Assembly: GCA_037379345.1 (NCBI GenBank) | Contig: CM074513.1 | Coordinates: 434,001-498,000, forward strand | Length of the DNA: 64,000 nt | Direction: 5' to 3' | From: Perna viridis | Lineage: Eukaryota | Part shown: one piece after another, positions 38,701-51,280 of the stretch | How positions within the stretch are numbered: the first letter of the stretch is position 1 | Layout: each line of letters begins with the position of its first letter | Made by a program: the position numbers and the translations under genes | Notes under the pieces: generated by a model | The model's input: only the letters and a program-made list of their open reading frames with translations | What the model was told of the DNA's origin: nothing | Database searches by the model: none

Positions 38701-41700
38701 ATAAATCTTTCAGATGAAGGAAAGAAATCTTTCAAACCAGGTAATATTCTGAAAACTAAATAGCATTACTAATGAAAGATTGGATGTCTTTTCTCGTTTT
38801 GCATTTTAACTGTTTTATTGTAACGTTCTGAATGTTGTTTTCTTTACCGTTTCTACTCAGTAGTCAAGTCTCCCTCTAATCTGTGCCTGCAATTTCTGTT
38901 GTATGAAAGCACATGGACATAGACCTTGTAACACAACTGAAACATGCATGTTTATCGTCATACCAAGTTTCGAAGTTTTCTAACGTTAAGCCTTCAAATT
39001 AATAGAACATCATTGCACCAACAAATGTACAACGAATGGGTATATAGTAGCCTCGTAATTTGCAGTTAAACTTTTTTATTTTCCGGTCTTTGTAGGAGAG
39101 GAAAAAAAACTAAGAAAAAAGGTACAATTGTGAAGAAAATATCGCATTTGTTCAGGTTTTAACAGTATGGGACATATTTTAGACATACATGTGGCCATTT
39201 GAAAGATGTTAAAGGTTTAACCTTAAACAAGTTTTACTATGCATTATTAGAAAGATTGTTTGCAATTTTCTTTTCTATGGGAATTTATCATTCTAGTTAT
39301 GAATAAATAATCATATTAAATTTGAACACTTGCACGTTAATATGGCAAAAGGAGTTCCGTGAATGAATAAATAAATCTACATAATTACATTAGATAAATT
39401 TGTATTTCAAAGAGAGTTCCGTGAATGAATTATCGAAAGATGTAGGGGTTCCGTGAATGAATAATCGAAAGATGTAGGGGTTGTGGGAATGAATAATCGA
39501 AAGATGTAGGGGTTTTTGGAATGGAAAATCTTCGTGTTTTCCATCGTAGGATGTGACAAACGAATTTTTTTTACATTAAAAATACAATTTGATTTGAAAT
39601 TAATGCTTTTTCGAAAAAGCGACGAAAATTCTTTTATGCGTATAACCTCACTTTTAAGAGTGACACTCTTATTGTTCTATTACAGCAATACATATATCAG
39701 GGCCTAATTTCACAGAAAAGGGGGAGACGATCCGAATCTCATGTAACGCTACTACTGATTCGCAGACTCCCGAACAAATGGACTGGTTCCGTGACGGTAT
39801 AAAACTGAAATCAAACACTGAAACAGGACTCAGTATAACAACTAATAGACACAGGGAGACAAAGACTCTTTATAGTACATTAGAAATTAAAAAGAGCAAA
39901 ATGACAGACGCTGGAACGTATATTTGTCGTAGTTCTAGACAGGATGTCGTCAGTCACCCAGTTGTCGTACTAAATGGTTAGTGCTATCTGGATTATGTCT
40001 ATATAGATTTATGTTGTGTTTATCTAGTAGGGAGCACCGTGAAGCGGTGTGAGCTCTACGATTATTACGTGTACTTTCTAAATTTCCCTTAAGGTTTCCC
40101 AATATACTAACGTAAAAAAAGTCATGTCCCGGAAGTAACAAAAAGTGACTGTGCTTGAGGAGAAAATTCATCATTTCCTTCAATCAAACAAATAAAAAAA
40201 TATAGGTTAAGATTATGTTACAGTAAACATAAATTCATCTTTTCTGATAGTTTTCAAGTCTTTTTCTATTTTTTTTTATTTATTTAAAGAAGTGAATGTG
40301 ATGTTTTTAAAAACTTCGGGAAACATGTGGATGAACGTACGTGTATCTCCGCTGTTCCACTGTCGCTGTTGCCAAGAACCTAACCCGCTTTGGGAAAAAA
40401 ATATAACTCCGATTACATTATCAAAATCGAAGCATAGCTTTCCTAAGATAGGAAATGCAATCATTTTCTTGTTTTGAATTTGCAGCTGTCGTCTGAATTT
40501 TGTTTACGTCACATGATATGTGTAAAATATTCCCACCATCCGTGGAGAACTGTAATATTTCCGGTTTCTGTACAGATAGATCTGATCGACCAAAACTGAA
40601 ATGAATGTTGCTAGAGAAGCCCTTAAGGGATAAAAAAATGTAAATTATTGCGAAGTGCTATAAAGGTATCGAGCATTTTGAGAGCGAGGAAAAGGGGTAT
40701 GGGATTGGAATATTTTGGGGGAAAAAAAATCAACATATTCATTTATTAACCCTCCCCTATTAATTAACAAGACATATTTTCAAATAGAAATATTGATGTC
40801 GCTTGCTGTTTAAAAATGTTGCACTTGCGAAGCAAAAATTTTCATCCGGATCAACCCCCTCTTTGTAATGTCCTTTATTATTTTTACGAGTCTCGCACAG
40901 ACGGTACATGTATGGTAAAGCTCACGGTGCTCGCTGATTTAGGCATTGCCTACTCCATATTATAATGCATTTGTTGTGTTTGGTTTACGTACAAAAAGTG
41001 AACGACAAATATACAGGGAAAACAAGAATAACAGAGGAACAAATTGTGGTGAAACGCCACACCATCTTATAACCTTTATAAAAATAGATGTCATAACGTA
41101 AAATTTTGAAGTAATATTCATTTAGTCATATTCATATGTCCTTTTATGAAATTGGCTTGTATCAAGCACGCTGTTGTGTAAAAAATGCGTTAACACGACG
41201 TTTATTGCATGTAATTTGGCAATGTTTTAATTCATTTATATGATGAGAATAGGTATGGTGTATATATGTATATCAAAGAGACAACAACCCCACCAAGATG
41301 AATATGTACATGTACATTGTTTTTTATACACAGTTGATAATAAGTACCGTGAATCATGTTAAACGTTTTGTTTTCTCTTTTCCAGCTGACTCCAGTCATG
41401 AGAAACGTGGTGAGTATCATTGTAAATAGTTATATTATGTTTTTTCTTCATTAAACGAGGAAGCTTGATAAATACGAAGTAAATAGTACAGGGGCGGGTA
41501 CAGACATTTTGAAAAGGAGGGGTGCCAGTCAGGGTTCCTCAGAAAAAAAGGATGCCAGATTTACCTTTTTTTTTGGTCAATTTTACACATTGAAATGATT
41601 CAGACATATTTTCTAATAAAAAGTAGGGATGCCAACCCTCTGTACCATGATACTTAAACACTTTAGAAAATGAATAAAGTCCGGATACTTTTTGGAGTGG

Positions 41701-42070
41701 TATATACATTTTTTTGTTCGGTTCAGTTGTAAGAGCCCGGATTAACTACTATTTTCATTTTTTTGATTTTCTATTCGATTTATATTTTAATTAATTCTTT
41801 AATTGTTTTCTTTTGCTTTGCAAGTGTATAGGATATGCCACTCCGTCCTTTTGAATAAAAAAAGAAACGCGGTCTTATCATATATCTTTCATTAGCATTC
41901 TTGAACTTCACAACTGTGATATTTCAGGATTTCAAGACAAATCGAAGCTGGAGAAATCGTCACGTGTGGAAAACCCGGGTAATTCAGCATCAACTGTAAA
42001 CATTACTGTGCATTATTTTCTGTCATCTTGTTTAATTGTGTTACTTACGATATCATCCTTTAACAGGTAA
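23654..42070 (+). CDS. Spliced gene for a two-Ig-domain, probably GPI-anchored cell-surface protein (Dpr/ZIG-8-like, Wirin family); join(23654..23729,31482..31609,34336..34546,38714..38740,39686..39976,41386..41409,41928..42070), 299 aa
   Basis: All six introns are GT-AG with compatible phases (1,0,1,1,1,1) and the exons sum to 900 nt with no internal stop. Protein: hydrophobic N-terminus; Ig1 (VVLPCSI..IIWKK..WNLVIKDVTKKHAGQYDCQIS); Ig2 (IRISCNA..MDWFRDG..STLEIKKSKMTDAGTYICRS); C-terminal GNSAS plus hydrophobic tail. Confidence 0.88.
24875..25172 (+). repeat. Dispersed repeat (partner of 11940-12247), in the intron after coding exon 1
   Basis: Same shared blocks as 11940-12247, in opposite orientation. 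Confidence 0.8.
29566..29734. mobile_element. MITE, about 170 bp
   Basis: Ends CCGGGGCGGATCTA / TGGATCCGCCCCTG are inverted repeats; TTAAA on both flanks. Related end fragments near 11000 and 41489. Confidence 0.75.
31482..31609 (+). CDS. Coding exon 2, start of Ig1 (VSASSPWDGYILPSFVDTNTNVTTYVGSTVVLPCSIKNLGTKK)
   Basis: Acceptor TACTTTTGCAG, donor AAG|GTAAGA; PxF..NVT..G..V.LPC motif typical of Dpr-like Ig1. Confidence 0.92.
34336..34546 (+). CDS. Coding exon 3, rest of Ig1 (IIWKK...YDCQISTKEDLSLRITLNVI)
   Basis: Acceptor T-run plus CAG, donor ATAG|GTAAAT; Ig Trp and HAGQYDC motif. Confidence 0.93.
34504..35510 (+). repeat. Exon-3/donor-derived minisatellite, array 1 (~49-bp unit, about 21 copies)
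   Basis: First unit is the last 43 nt of exon 3 plus GTAAATTT; later units ACAAAGGGAGATCTGTCTTGTGATAACATCTAATGTTATAAGTAAGTTA. Confidence 0.92.
35511..36428 (+). mobile_element. Penelope-like element, decayed RT fragment and 3' end, inserted into the exon-derived array
   Basis: GIPMGKNCAPLLADLFL and YIDDVLSLNN motifs, SASYLGLHFEIDGKGKLLTKLYDKRDDFSF; many stops and frameshifts. Confidence 0.9.
36429..36812 (+). repeat. Exon-3-derived minisatellite, array 2 (46-51-bp unit, about 7 copies)
   Basis: Unit GCAAAGTGTGGTCTGTCCCAG(C/T)GGATAACACTTAATGTTACAGGATAGTTA aligns to the exon end ACAAAGGAAGATCTGTCTCTGCGGATAACACTTAACGTTATAGGTAAATTT. Confidence 0.85.
38714..38740 (+). CDS. 27-nt micro-exon, Ig1-Ig2 linker (DEGKKSFKP)
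   Basis: TCTTTCAG| acceptor, CAG|GTAATA donor, phase 1-1, open frame; supplies the Pro before AIHISG. Confidence 0.7.
39414..39514. repeat. 32-bp minisatellite, about 3 copies
   Basis: Unit GGTTCCGTGAATGAATAATCGAAAGATGTAGG; partial copy near 39352. Confidence 0.88.
39686..39976 (+). CDS. Coding exon 5, Ig2 (AIHISGPNFTEKGETIRISCNAT...TYICRSSRQDVVSHPVVVLN)
   Basis: Acceptor TTCTATTACAG, donor G|GTTAGT; canonical Cys, Trp and DAGTYIC; in frame with ORF 39778..39981. Confidence 0.93.
41386..41409 (+). CDS. 24-nt micro-exon (ADSSHEKR)
   Basis: Long pyrimidine tract TTTTCTCTTTTCCAG|, donor G|GTGAGT, phase 1-1. Confidence 0.8.
41928..42070 (+). CDS. Terminal coding exon: stalk and GPI-signal-like tail (GFQDKSKLEKSSRVENPGNSASTVNITVHYFLSSCLIVLLTISSFNR*)
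   Basis: Acceptor ATTTCAG|, phase 1; small-residue GNSAS followed by a hydrophobic stretch and stop, with no cytoplasmic domain. Confidence 0.8.
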
Positions 42071-45000
42071 TTTACATAATATACCTGTCACGTGACATGC
42101 ATCGTGTGTGTAATGTGGACGGGCCATAGATGGTTTGTATTGTTGAGTTCTGTGTCCGTATTTGGTGATTTAAAAGTAAGGTCGATGTTGAAGGTAGATA
42201 AAAAAAGTTTTGTAATAATACAAAAATCTTTTTTGTTTTGCTAAATTTAGTGCTGATTTTTACAACTGAAGAACGCGCATTTATTTTTTTCAATTATTAT
42301 TTTTAAGACTAAATACCTTTTCTTGTACGTTTGTGCACTTTTTGTTCAACTGTTATTGAATTATTATTATTGTTATTAAAATTATTCAAATACAACACGG
42401 AGCTGAGTTGGGTTTGTGCAGTCTACATTACATGTAGGTAACAAAGTACCCCTGAAACGGTGGTTTTATCATGTCAGTAAGTACGTAATGCAATATAGAA
42501 TGTTCGGGTAACCCATTTTTATCACATTCCCTTGATAGTTGTAAAAATCACTGGGGATTTGTGGTTTGTAAAATAGAATACAGGAATGTACTTAATAATT
42601 ATATTGTACAATTTGTGTTATTCTATTTGTGTTTTACCTCTTGTATTTTTTTTAGATATGTACTTGTGAGAAAGTTTAATGTCAGCTTTTTAACCTAGCT
42701 GTAATCATGTAAACAGTCAAATTTACAGAAGATATACATAAGATCAGTTCATTTTGGACTTATAACGGTTTCATATAATTATTAAAAAATACTTAAAATG
42801 TTTTTTATGTTGTTTTTGTTCATGTATTTTTTGTTTTAACCTTCACTCCAAATGCATTCTAAATTTGCCAACTAGTAACTCTGTGCACGCGTAAAGTTAA
42901 TTTATAAGGGTCAAATAAGTCTCTTTTTGTTCCTTGTTCAAATTCTTGTAATTTTTAAGGAACGTATTCAGAAAGAATATCACCCGTGACGCCAAAATAA
43001 CCAATTTTATAAAACGTCTTAAGTCCAATGCTTGGTTTTGTTCTTGTATCACATTATATGTTAGATTCTGTGTTCTACAGTGGAAACCAGTTTATTGTTA
43101 CTATTATTTTCTCCATCATTGAGCTAATGATAAACTACAAATCACAACAAGAAATTTTATGAAGGAAACAATTGTTTTAGATTAACTGTTAGTTCTCAAG
43201 CGCAACAATAATTGAAATGCTGTTAATGACCTGAGTTTATATCAGAGACATTTTTCTATAACTCTCTGATGGCGTGTATAGCAACACAAACAGTGTATAA
43301 TCTGTAATTATCTTATCTTTTCATGGTTGTGTTGTACTCACGTACCAGTCCGTATAAAATTTGGACAATACATATGGTAGAAGTGATTCATGGTGATGAA
43401 AAACCTACCAAATAAACGATGCTTTTTTGGTCTACATATGCTATATTTTGACGTAACGGTAGTCCTTTCTGTATTAAGATCTGTATTTTTTAGAACAACA
43501 TATATTCATCTCCCACTAAAATCAACCAAATCAATCAAACCAAGAACGATAACTCTTGCAATCAGTAACAGTTTTTTTATCTCGAAAGTGCAAGAACATT
43601 TAACAAACTAATACTTGTCTTGTGGTCTGTAACTCTGAATTTAAAAATAAAAGGGAAATCGATGGGTTTTTGGTATACATGATTCACCTTCTATCAGATT
43701 TTTAAAAAGACTGATACTTAGCATAATTGTCTTTGCATGCACTTAATTCACTAAATGTCAATACCCGTCTAGCACTTAAACTCCCGGGTCTAAACAATTC
43801 ATAAAGCAATAGGTTCAAGGCTTAGATGTTGTCTACTTCACATCATTGGTAATTTCCGGTATCAAATGAGCATTAGGAATGGTGCGTTGAAAAGTTATTA
43901 AAAATGCAACAACGCATAAAAACATGCATGGGGTAGAATTTTTACCGGCATACAGATCTAATAAGAGTACCAAACTTTTTAGATCTATGACACTTTCTTA
44001 CATATATATGTATAAAACTTTTTTTCAGTCTGTAAATTCCTATAAATATCAATGTTTTCGTTCTGTTTTTTTTTTTGTATGCATGTACCCTCGTCTATTG
44101 AAGAAAGTATTATGGCATACCGCACTCCGTCTGCCCGTTATCACGTCGAAATCAATATATTGAATTTGATGGTTTAAGAAAAATTTTAGCTTTGATTGAA
44201 AGACGTACCCAGTCTTGTCGTTGTTCAATGTTTCCCGAATTCACGTTTCAGAGTTAGGTGACACTTTGAATACCAAAAGGCGAAGATATATATCGTGTTT
44301 TAGCTGCAAAACGAAAGATAATAGGAACAATCAATGACACCGAGTGTAGTGAAACGTAGCTCTTATATATTTCTGAATATTTTTTTAGTTTTAATTTGCA
44401 GAGTTGTACAAATGTAAATGTATTGGATGGATATTATACATGTTATAGATTCGATTTTAAAGATGTAAAATTGTTCGTAAAGGGTAAAATAAGCAATGAT
44501 GTACACGCTTGATTACACGTAACAAGTGTTTATACTTGAAGTTTTAAGTGATGCAGACCTTATTTATTGATTGCATTGTACATATTTTCATGGTTTCATG
44601 ATTTTAACATGTCAACTGTTTTAAGTGCTGACTTAAATATCTATAGATGATTTTGTTATATTGTATGTTTTGTTTGATAAAATTTTTTCATTCAAACGCA
44701 TTTTTCTTAACCTTTTTGAAGCTAATGACAAACTCTTTAACAAATATTTTATGACAATTCCTCATTGTGAAGTTTCCATCCATTATAGTTTCGCTTTTTA
44801 CCCTTTGACCTTAAGGACGCTCTTCTATGGAAACGAAAGTCACCTGATCGCAATTTTGCTTCCCGATTGGCCAAATATTGATAACTTAATGGCATTCGAA
44901 AAATCTGTATTGAAAATTTGAATAATGCGTGCCAATATCGTACTTGTTTTATACTGATACGTGCATTGTTCAGCTTATAATGATGTTATAGTAGAAATTC

Positions 45001-48000
45001 GTGTGCATTTTACTTAAAAGAGAAACTGAACATGTAATGGATGGTTTAGTTCTACGAGACGTGTGAGACGTGTATCGATTAGTTTTCCCAGACATGAAAA
45101 CTTTTATGATTATCATCACAAGGAACGTCTTTACCACTCAAGTGGTTTCTTGTGTGCTAAAGTTGAACAAAATTATCACAAGCATCTGCTAGACATAAGC
45201 CAAAAATTAATAACTATCTTTAGTACATTTCGCAGGTTCGTGGATATCGGAAGTGCTGAGGAAATTAGCCAATTACGGAACAATCCTGTAGCATTGCACA
45301 TTGGTTTATTTTTTGTCTGAAATTTGCATCTGCGATTAATTGGAAATAAATTCCAGAAGTCAATTATTTTGTCCTTAAAGTTAAACATTCCACATTCAGC
45401 TACTTATCATTTCGTAATTACCGCGTTTCACGCTCAGCATGTAAACTGACAAGTCTAAAAAAATATATTTATTTTCAATTAAGCTTGATTATTCTCTTTA
45501 AATCATCTTTTAAATATATGTAGGGGTTATATATAAGTTATATATAAGGATGATGATTACAGATCGTCAAACTTTAACACAGACACTAAATTAAGTAAAG
45601 GTACATGTACGATAAAAAAAAACTTAAAAAGTTTTCTTTTTTTTTGTTAGTTTACATGTATTGCTCTCCCTAAGACTTTATACATGACTGTACACACCCT
45701 GTGTATACATCTGCGCCATTAACAACTTTTCGGTCATTTTAACATGAAACAGAGTATATACTTAACGTACGTGACTAATGGAGTATTCACTTCCTCGACT
45801 ACCCTTTCATGGAAAGCAACTGCTGTCCGTGTTGTTTTGTTTTGTTGTGTTTTTTTCTTAATTTTTATTCTTATTTTTGTTTTGTGTTGTTTTGTTTTTG
45901 TTTTGTTTTTTTTTTCGGGGGGGGGGGGGGTTCTGTACTGTACTTTGGTACTGTGCTTCAGTATAGACATATATATATATATAGTTACCAAGATAACGGA
46001 TATGAAACTTAAAAGCTTTTCACGAGTTGTTATTTCCTACATTTCATGCTGATCGAGAAACATAATGAATTATTTACATTTACAAAAATCGGCTCCAAGT
46101 ACACTGTACAGTTATATGAGTTAATTCTTTATATTCCAGATATATTGTTTTATTGTCGTTATCTTGATTTCAAATTGTAAACACATAAAGTATGTTTTGT
46201 TGACGGTCATTTTACCATGGGCTACAAATAAAATATAATGCCAATATTTAAACCCGAAGTAGTAATAGAACAACAAAGATATGATTTTATCAAGACCACA
46301 ATCATTAGATGATCCAAATCAATACATGAAATATGAGATTGAGTGTTTAAAACAAACATATTCCGTGACGCTTATTGATTCGGTCTTGCTGGGTTAATAT
46401 TAAAAAACCAATGTCCACACTTCAAAAACCCCATCCGTCAAGTGAAATGCTAACCCGGAATATTTAATGTATCCCCGAGATATCATCACATGTTCAGAAT
46501 TCTTGTCACGAAATGTCCAAATACCGATAATATAAATGAGTTTTATTCAATGATGACGGATATCTTACTAAACATTTTACTTAAATAAGATATCAATTTA
46601 AGAATACCAGATGTGTATCAATTTACAAGAACGGGAGTTACGACGTATGCACAGAATACGCAAATTACAAAAGTGAATATTACATATATCGCTAAGATGC
46701 CCATCTCATGAATTAATAAGTTCATTCGAATGAATTATCATTTCGTTTAAATTATATATTCTAAACATTAAGCGATTCTAACGTTTACTAAGCAAAGATA
46801 GCTGAACTCTTAACCATTACTGCGGATCCCATTCTTCTCTATAGAGGTCGGAATGAACAGATGATCGAGAGCTTAATGTATAACATATATTTGTAACTTT
46901 TAAAATACGTGTCCATCTAAAATCCAGGCAGGTGACGATACACCTAAATACTTTTGCGGAACTCTTTATTATCACGAAAGACAAATCTCCTTGTTAAAAT
47001 AATAGTGTTGAGATAAATGGGTATAACATGAGACAGTTTTAACAGTTTCAACAAAATTTCAAATGCCTGTTACATTGTATCAGCACAATTGGACGTTTTG
47101 TGTTTTTTTTTAAGAAAACTGAATTCATTTCGCCAGCAAAATTCTACTTATATGTGAATACGGTGTAGTACTCTTTCAAATAAATACAATGATATTAAAA
47201 ATACAAAATGAATAACAAACTTATCTTATCTTTAAGAAAATACAACAATTACAACCTGCATGTTCCTTAGTTTGTATTGTACCACCAAGAAATGCTGCAC
47301 AATATATAGCCGTGAACAAAGACGTGGGTAAAATAGATTATCGACTAATACTTTAATTGTAAGCGACATAATTATGATCATTAAGTTTAACCTTTCAATT
47401 CAACACAAAGGGCAAATGTATAAAGTAAGTCTGGTTTGACATTATCCATTTCGGATAAGACTAGAACACACATGTGCATGACTCTGAATTTAAAATGTAT
47501 ACCATACTGCCCATTGGGTCAACGGTTGCTTATATTTAGTATTAGATTTAACCCGTGGTGTATTTATTAACGGTACCATTTACGTAAGTGACCCTTAGGT
47601 CTTCAAAGTTGATAACATTTATACAATGTGTCCAAATTCTTTATTGACGGGCATTGAATGTTGCATCGAAATTCAAATTATATCCTTAACATACTTTTAA
47701 GATCTTGATAAATGTACGAGGATGTCATAGAAAGTAGCATGAATTAATATTTGGACCTTTGGACTTGCGTATTGGCTTGACTTCTGGAGTAGATTTTCAC
47801 CTGACTGGGCGTGGCTAGTAACAGGGATCTTTAATCCATCATAACAGACATTAATATCTTGTTTTATGTGTAAGTAGATTAAAGTTTGGTAGCTATTCAG
47901 AATATCTCTGTAAAAGTTTATCACTATCAATTTTTTGTTTGTTTGTTTGGTTTTTTTTTTCAGAAGTGATTTTCTAATTACCGAAGCCAATAAGTTGAAT

Positions 48001-48269
48001 AACGTAAATTAACCCAAGGCATCCACTTACTGCTGAGACCAATAAGTTAAAGTAACAACTCAAGAGAAATACAAATTACCAAAACTGATAATATTAAGTG
48101 AGAAAGTCAACCCAAAGCATACATATACATGTATACTAATTACTGAAACCGACAAGTTTAATCTGGTTCCTAATCTGGTTCCCCAGTCAATATCATAAGC
48201 GACCAAAGATCGCTAAAAAGAGAGAAACTTTTGGAACGAAAACATTACCCGCACTTTCTGGTAATCAGT

Positions 48270-48465
48270 TGTTTTGATTGAGAAACATTCGGGCCATTCG
48301 GTTACGAAAGAGTAATCATATCAAGGGAACCAACATTCAAGCGGAAGTCGCCCGAGTTTAGAGCATATCGCATTCGTGAAATTTCGGATGTTGAAAGTTA
48401 GCCAAAATCAGTGGCATAGAATAATTTGATGATGAGCGACTTTGATGAATTCAGTCTTTGATTTG
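48270..48465 (-). repeat. Dispersed repeat; inverted copy at 54144-54335 and a fragment at 13799-13849
   Basis: GCATATCGCATTCGTG..ATTTCGGATGTTGAAAGT.AGCCAAAATCAGTG is the reverse complement of 54193-54243. Confidence 0.85.
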
Positions 48466-48766
48466 TTTGGTATCATGTCCAAATTAGTTGGGTGCAGATG
48501 AACTTGAATTGTCCAGTTATCATCACGTCGTTGTTATATAACAGCTTTTTATATTGAATGTTTTATTGTTCCCTGGCTCCTTATTATCTGTCGAGTTATA
48601 TAACAAGTCCAATGACATTAATCAGACAAATATCAAATTATTTTGACTACAAGAGCGTTATGAAGGGTTATCATAACCATACAGTATGGAAACATAACTA
48701 CAAATGTATTTTACAATATAAAACTGGATGTTAGTGTTATTTCAAAAATATCAAACAACAAATACA

Positions 48767-51280
48767 ACTAGTATGTCAATTGTTTGTTAAACAATTGAAA
48801 GGTTTTTCCCTTGAAAACTTTCTCTTTGTAATATACACATTAAAACATCTACAACAGTTTGACTTTTTGAACTTGGTGACCTTGCCATATGCAATTATCG
48901 ATGTTCCCATCATGACTTTTGTAATGTTAACTCGACGACCTTTCGTTAGATATACAACAACCCTACTTTCTGTGCAATTAAGAATTTTGCCCTTATTATC
49001 CCCAACTGGGTACTTTTTCTATATAAATAAATTGAAATTTGAGATGTACACATTATGAACTTTAGTTTGATATGCGACAACCTAACTATAAAAACAACTT
49101 AAGTTTTGCACTCATTGACCTCACCCATGTCATTTATTTCTAGACAAAGCATCGATATTTCGGATGTACGCTACAAGACCTTTCATTTGATATGCAACAA
49201 TCTTACCCTCTTTTAAATTAAATTTTTGCACTTGATGACCCTAGTATTTGAACATGTATTACTTATCATGGTTGAAACTCTGATTTTTGAAATGTGCTCA
49301 TTTAGACCTTCAAAATAATATATCGCATGTCCCCCTTCGACGAAGTTGAAAAAAATGATGCAATGTCAATTCTATAAATAAGTATTGATGAAATGAAAAT
49401 ATGAAAATTTTAAGTTGTTGTAGTATCATTGGTTTTTTATATTGATTCTTGGTATTTTGTGAAACAGTTGTACTTGTGCAGATCTTTCATTCTGTGGAAT
49501 GACCATTCGCATGTCTGCTGTGGATTTTACAATATATACCCCTGCTCTCAAAACTTAAAATTTCAATAGATCCAAAATTAGACAAGATATGACAAATCTG
49601 AAAACTGTATGATAATTTACAGAACATAAACAACAAAATTACAAAATCAATTGGGCAATTTTGGAGCTCATTTTGTGTCCAATGATTATTAAAATATAAT
49701 GCAATAACAAACTCCAGAACCGGAAGTCGTAGAGACATGACACTACCACCATACATCTTAGGATTACCTGACCTTGAAAAACTTACAAGGTCAAGGTCAT
49801 ACGTTTATGTCAAGGTCACAAGCCGGATTCTGCAAAACTTTTAAATTGTCATAACTTTTGAACAGACGGTCTGACAGTTGTAAATTTTGTCTCAAAATGT
49901 AGGGCTTATTGAGAGGGTCATTTCATGCCAGTATATATGCACTTATCTCTTATTGTTTTCTCAATATCAATGCATGTAGTTTGCAGTGAGAAGGCTTTCT
50001 AGCAATCTATGAACTTTGACCTTGGATGCAAATGAAAGGTCACATGGACCAGAGATCATTGATGAAGGTCCCATGTTTCTACAACTTCTGGTTCTCGAAA
50101 TATAAATTTGAAAAATCTTAAGTATGATATTTCAAGGGATATAACTCCCGTGTGGTTTGATAATAAATACATGTTTATGTTTATTCATTTGGTATTCATC
50201 TTGTGTACATGAAACAGATTTTAGATTGATTCTATCTATTATGGTTTGCAAGATATGAAGAATTGAAATAAATTGTTTTAAGGGGACATAACTCTTAAAG
50301 ATGATGATCAAATTCTTAGCAGGGTCATATTCTAATAGAACATGATGACATCTACATGTTCACCAAGTATGATATCCAGAAAAATGAGTTCGGTGGACCT
50401 ATTAACCATATTGATAAGACGCTAATGAACGGGAGATAAATTCTGCAATGGATAATGAAATTCTTCATGGGATTATCCTGTCAAAGTCCTAAAAAAGGTC
50501 TATCGATGGTCCAAATTTTGTAATGATATCTTGAAAGATGACGCAACAGGGCCGTGCCAAAGTAAATATTGAAAGGGAAAAAAATAGCATTCTGTGACCT
50601 TTGATCTTGGGTGGAAATGAAAGGTCACATAGACCAAAGATCATTGATGAAGGCCCCACGTCTCTACAACATCCGGTTCTCGAAATCTAAATTTTTAAAA
50701 CTTAAGTATGATATTTCAAGGAATATAACTCCGGTATGGTTCGATAACAAAATACAAATTTATGTTTATTAATTAGGCCGTCTGCTTATGTGCATGAAAC
50801 CGTTTCCAGAATTATCATATCTCTTATGGTTTTTAAGATATGAGCGATTAAAAGAAACTGTTTTATAGGGACATAACTCTTAAAGATGGTAATGAAATCC
50901 TTAGCAGGGCCATTTCCTACTTAAACCTGATGACATCTACATGTTCACCAAATATGGTCATGATATCCTGAAAAAATGAGTTCGGGGGACCATGTTAAAA
51001 AAAAAAACGCTAATAAAAGGGAGATAACTTCTACAATGAATAATGGAATTCTTCACAGGGTCATCTGGTAAAAGTCCTTAAAGAGCTCTATTGATGGTCC
51101 AAATTTGGTAATGATTTGCAAAGATGAATAGGGGAGCATTTCAAAGAAAATTTTGCAAATAACGGAAGAATAATAATTAAAAAAACATTAGAAAAACAAT
51201 AATGTCTTTCCCTGGTAGGAAAAGCCCTTAAAAACATTAGAAAAACAATAAGGTCTTTCCTTGGTAGGGAAAGCCGTTAA
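48767..51280 (-). mobile_element. Helentron-type non-autonomous element (HINE-like) carrying internal tandem repeats
   Basis: 3' end (minus strand): subTIR GGGAAAAACCTT, 10-bp hairpin TCAATTGTTT/AAACAATTGA, then CTAGT. 5' end: subTIR/IR hairpin AAGGTCTTTCC..GGAAAG, duplicated at 51182-51280. Internal ~585-bp dimer. Confidence 0.7.
50011..51150. repeat. Two copies of a ~585-bp unit with ~148-bp sub-periodicity
   Basis: GA.CTTTGA.CTTGG.TG.AAATGAAAGGTCACAT at 50011 and 50596; GGGA.ATAACTC-like motifs near 50134, 50281, 50430, 50718, 50867, 51018. Confidence 0.88.

Noticed and set aside
43640-46240. Polyadenylation site of the Ig gene
   Set aside because: Several AATAAA candidates (near 43646 and 46228) cannot be distinguished without transcript data.
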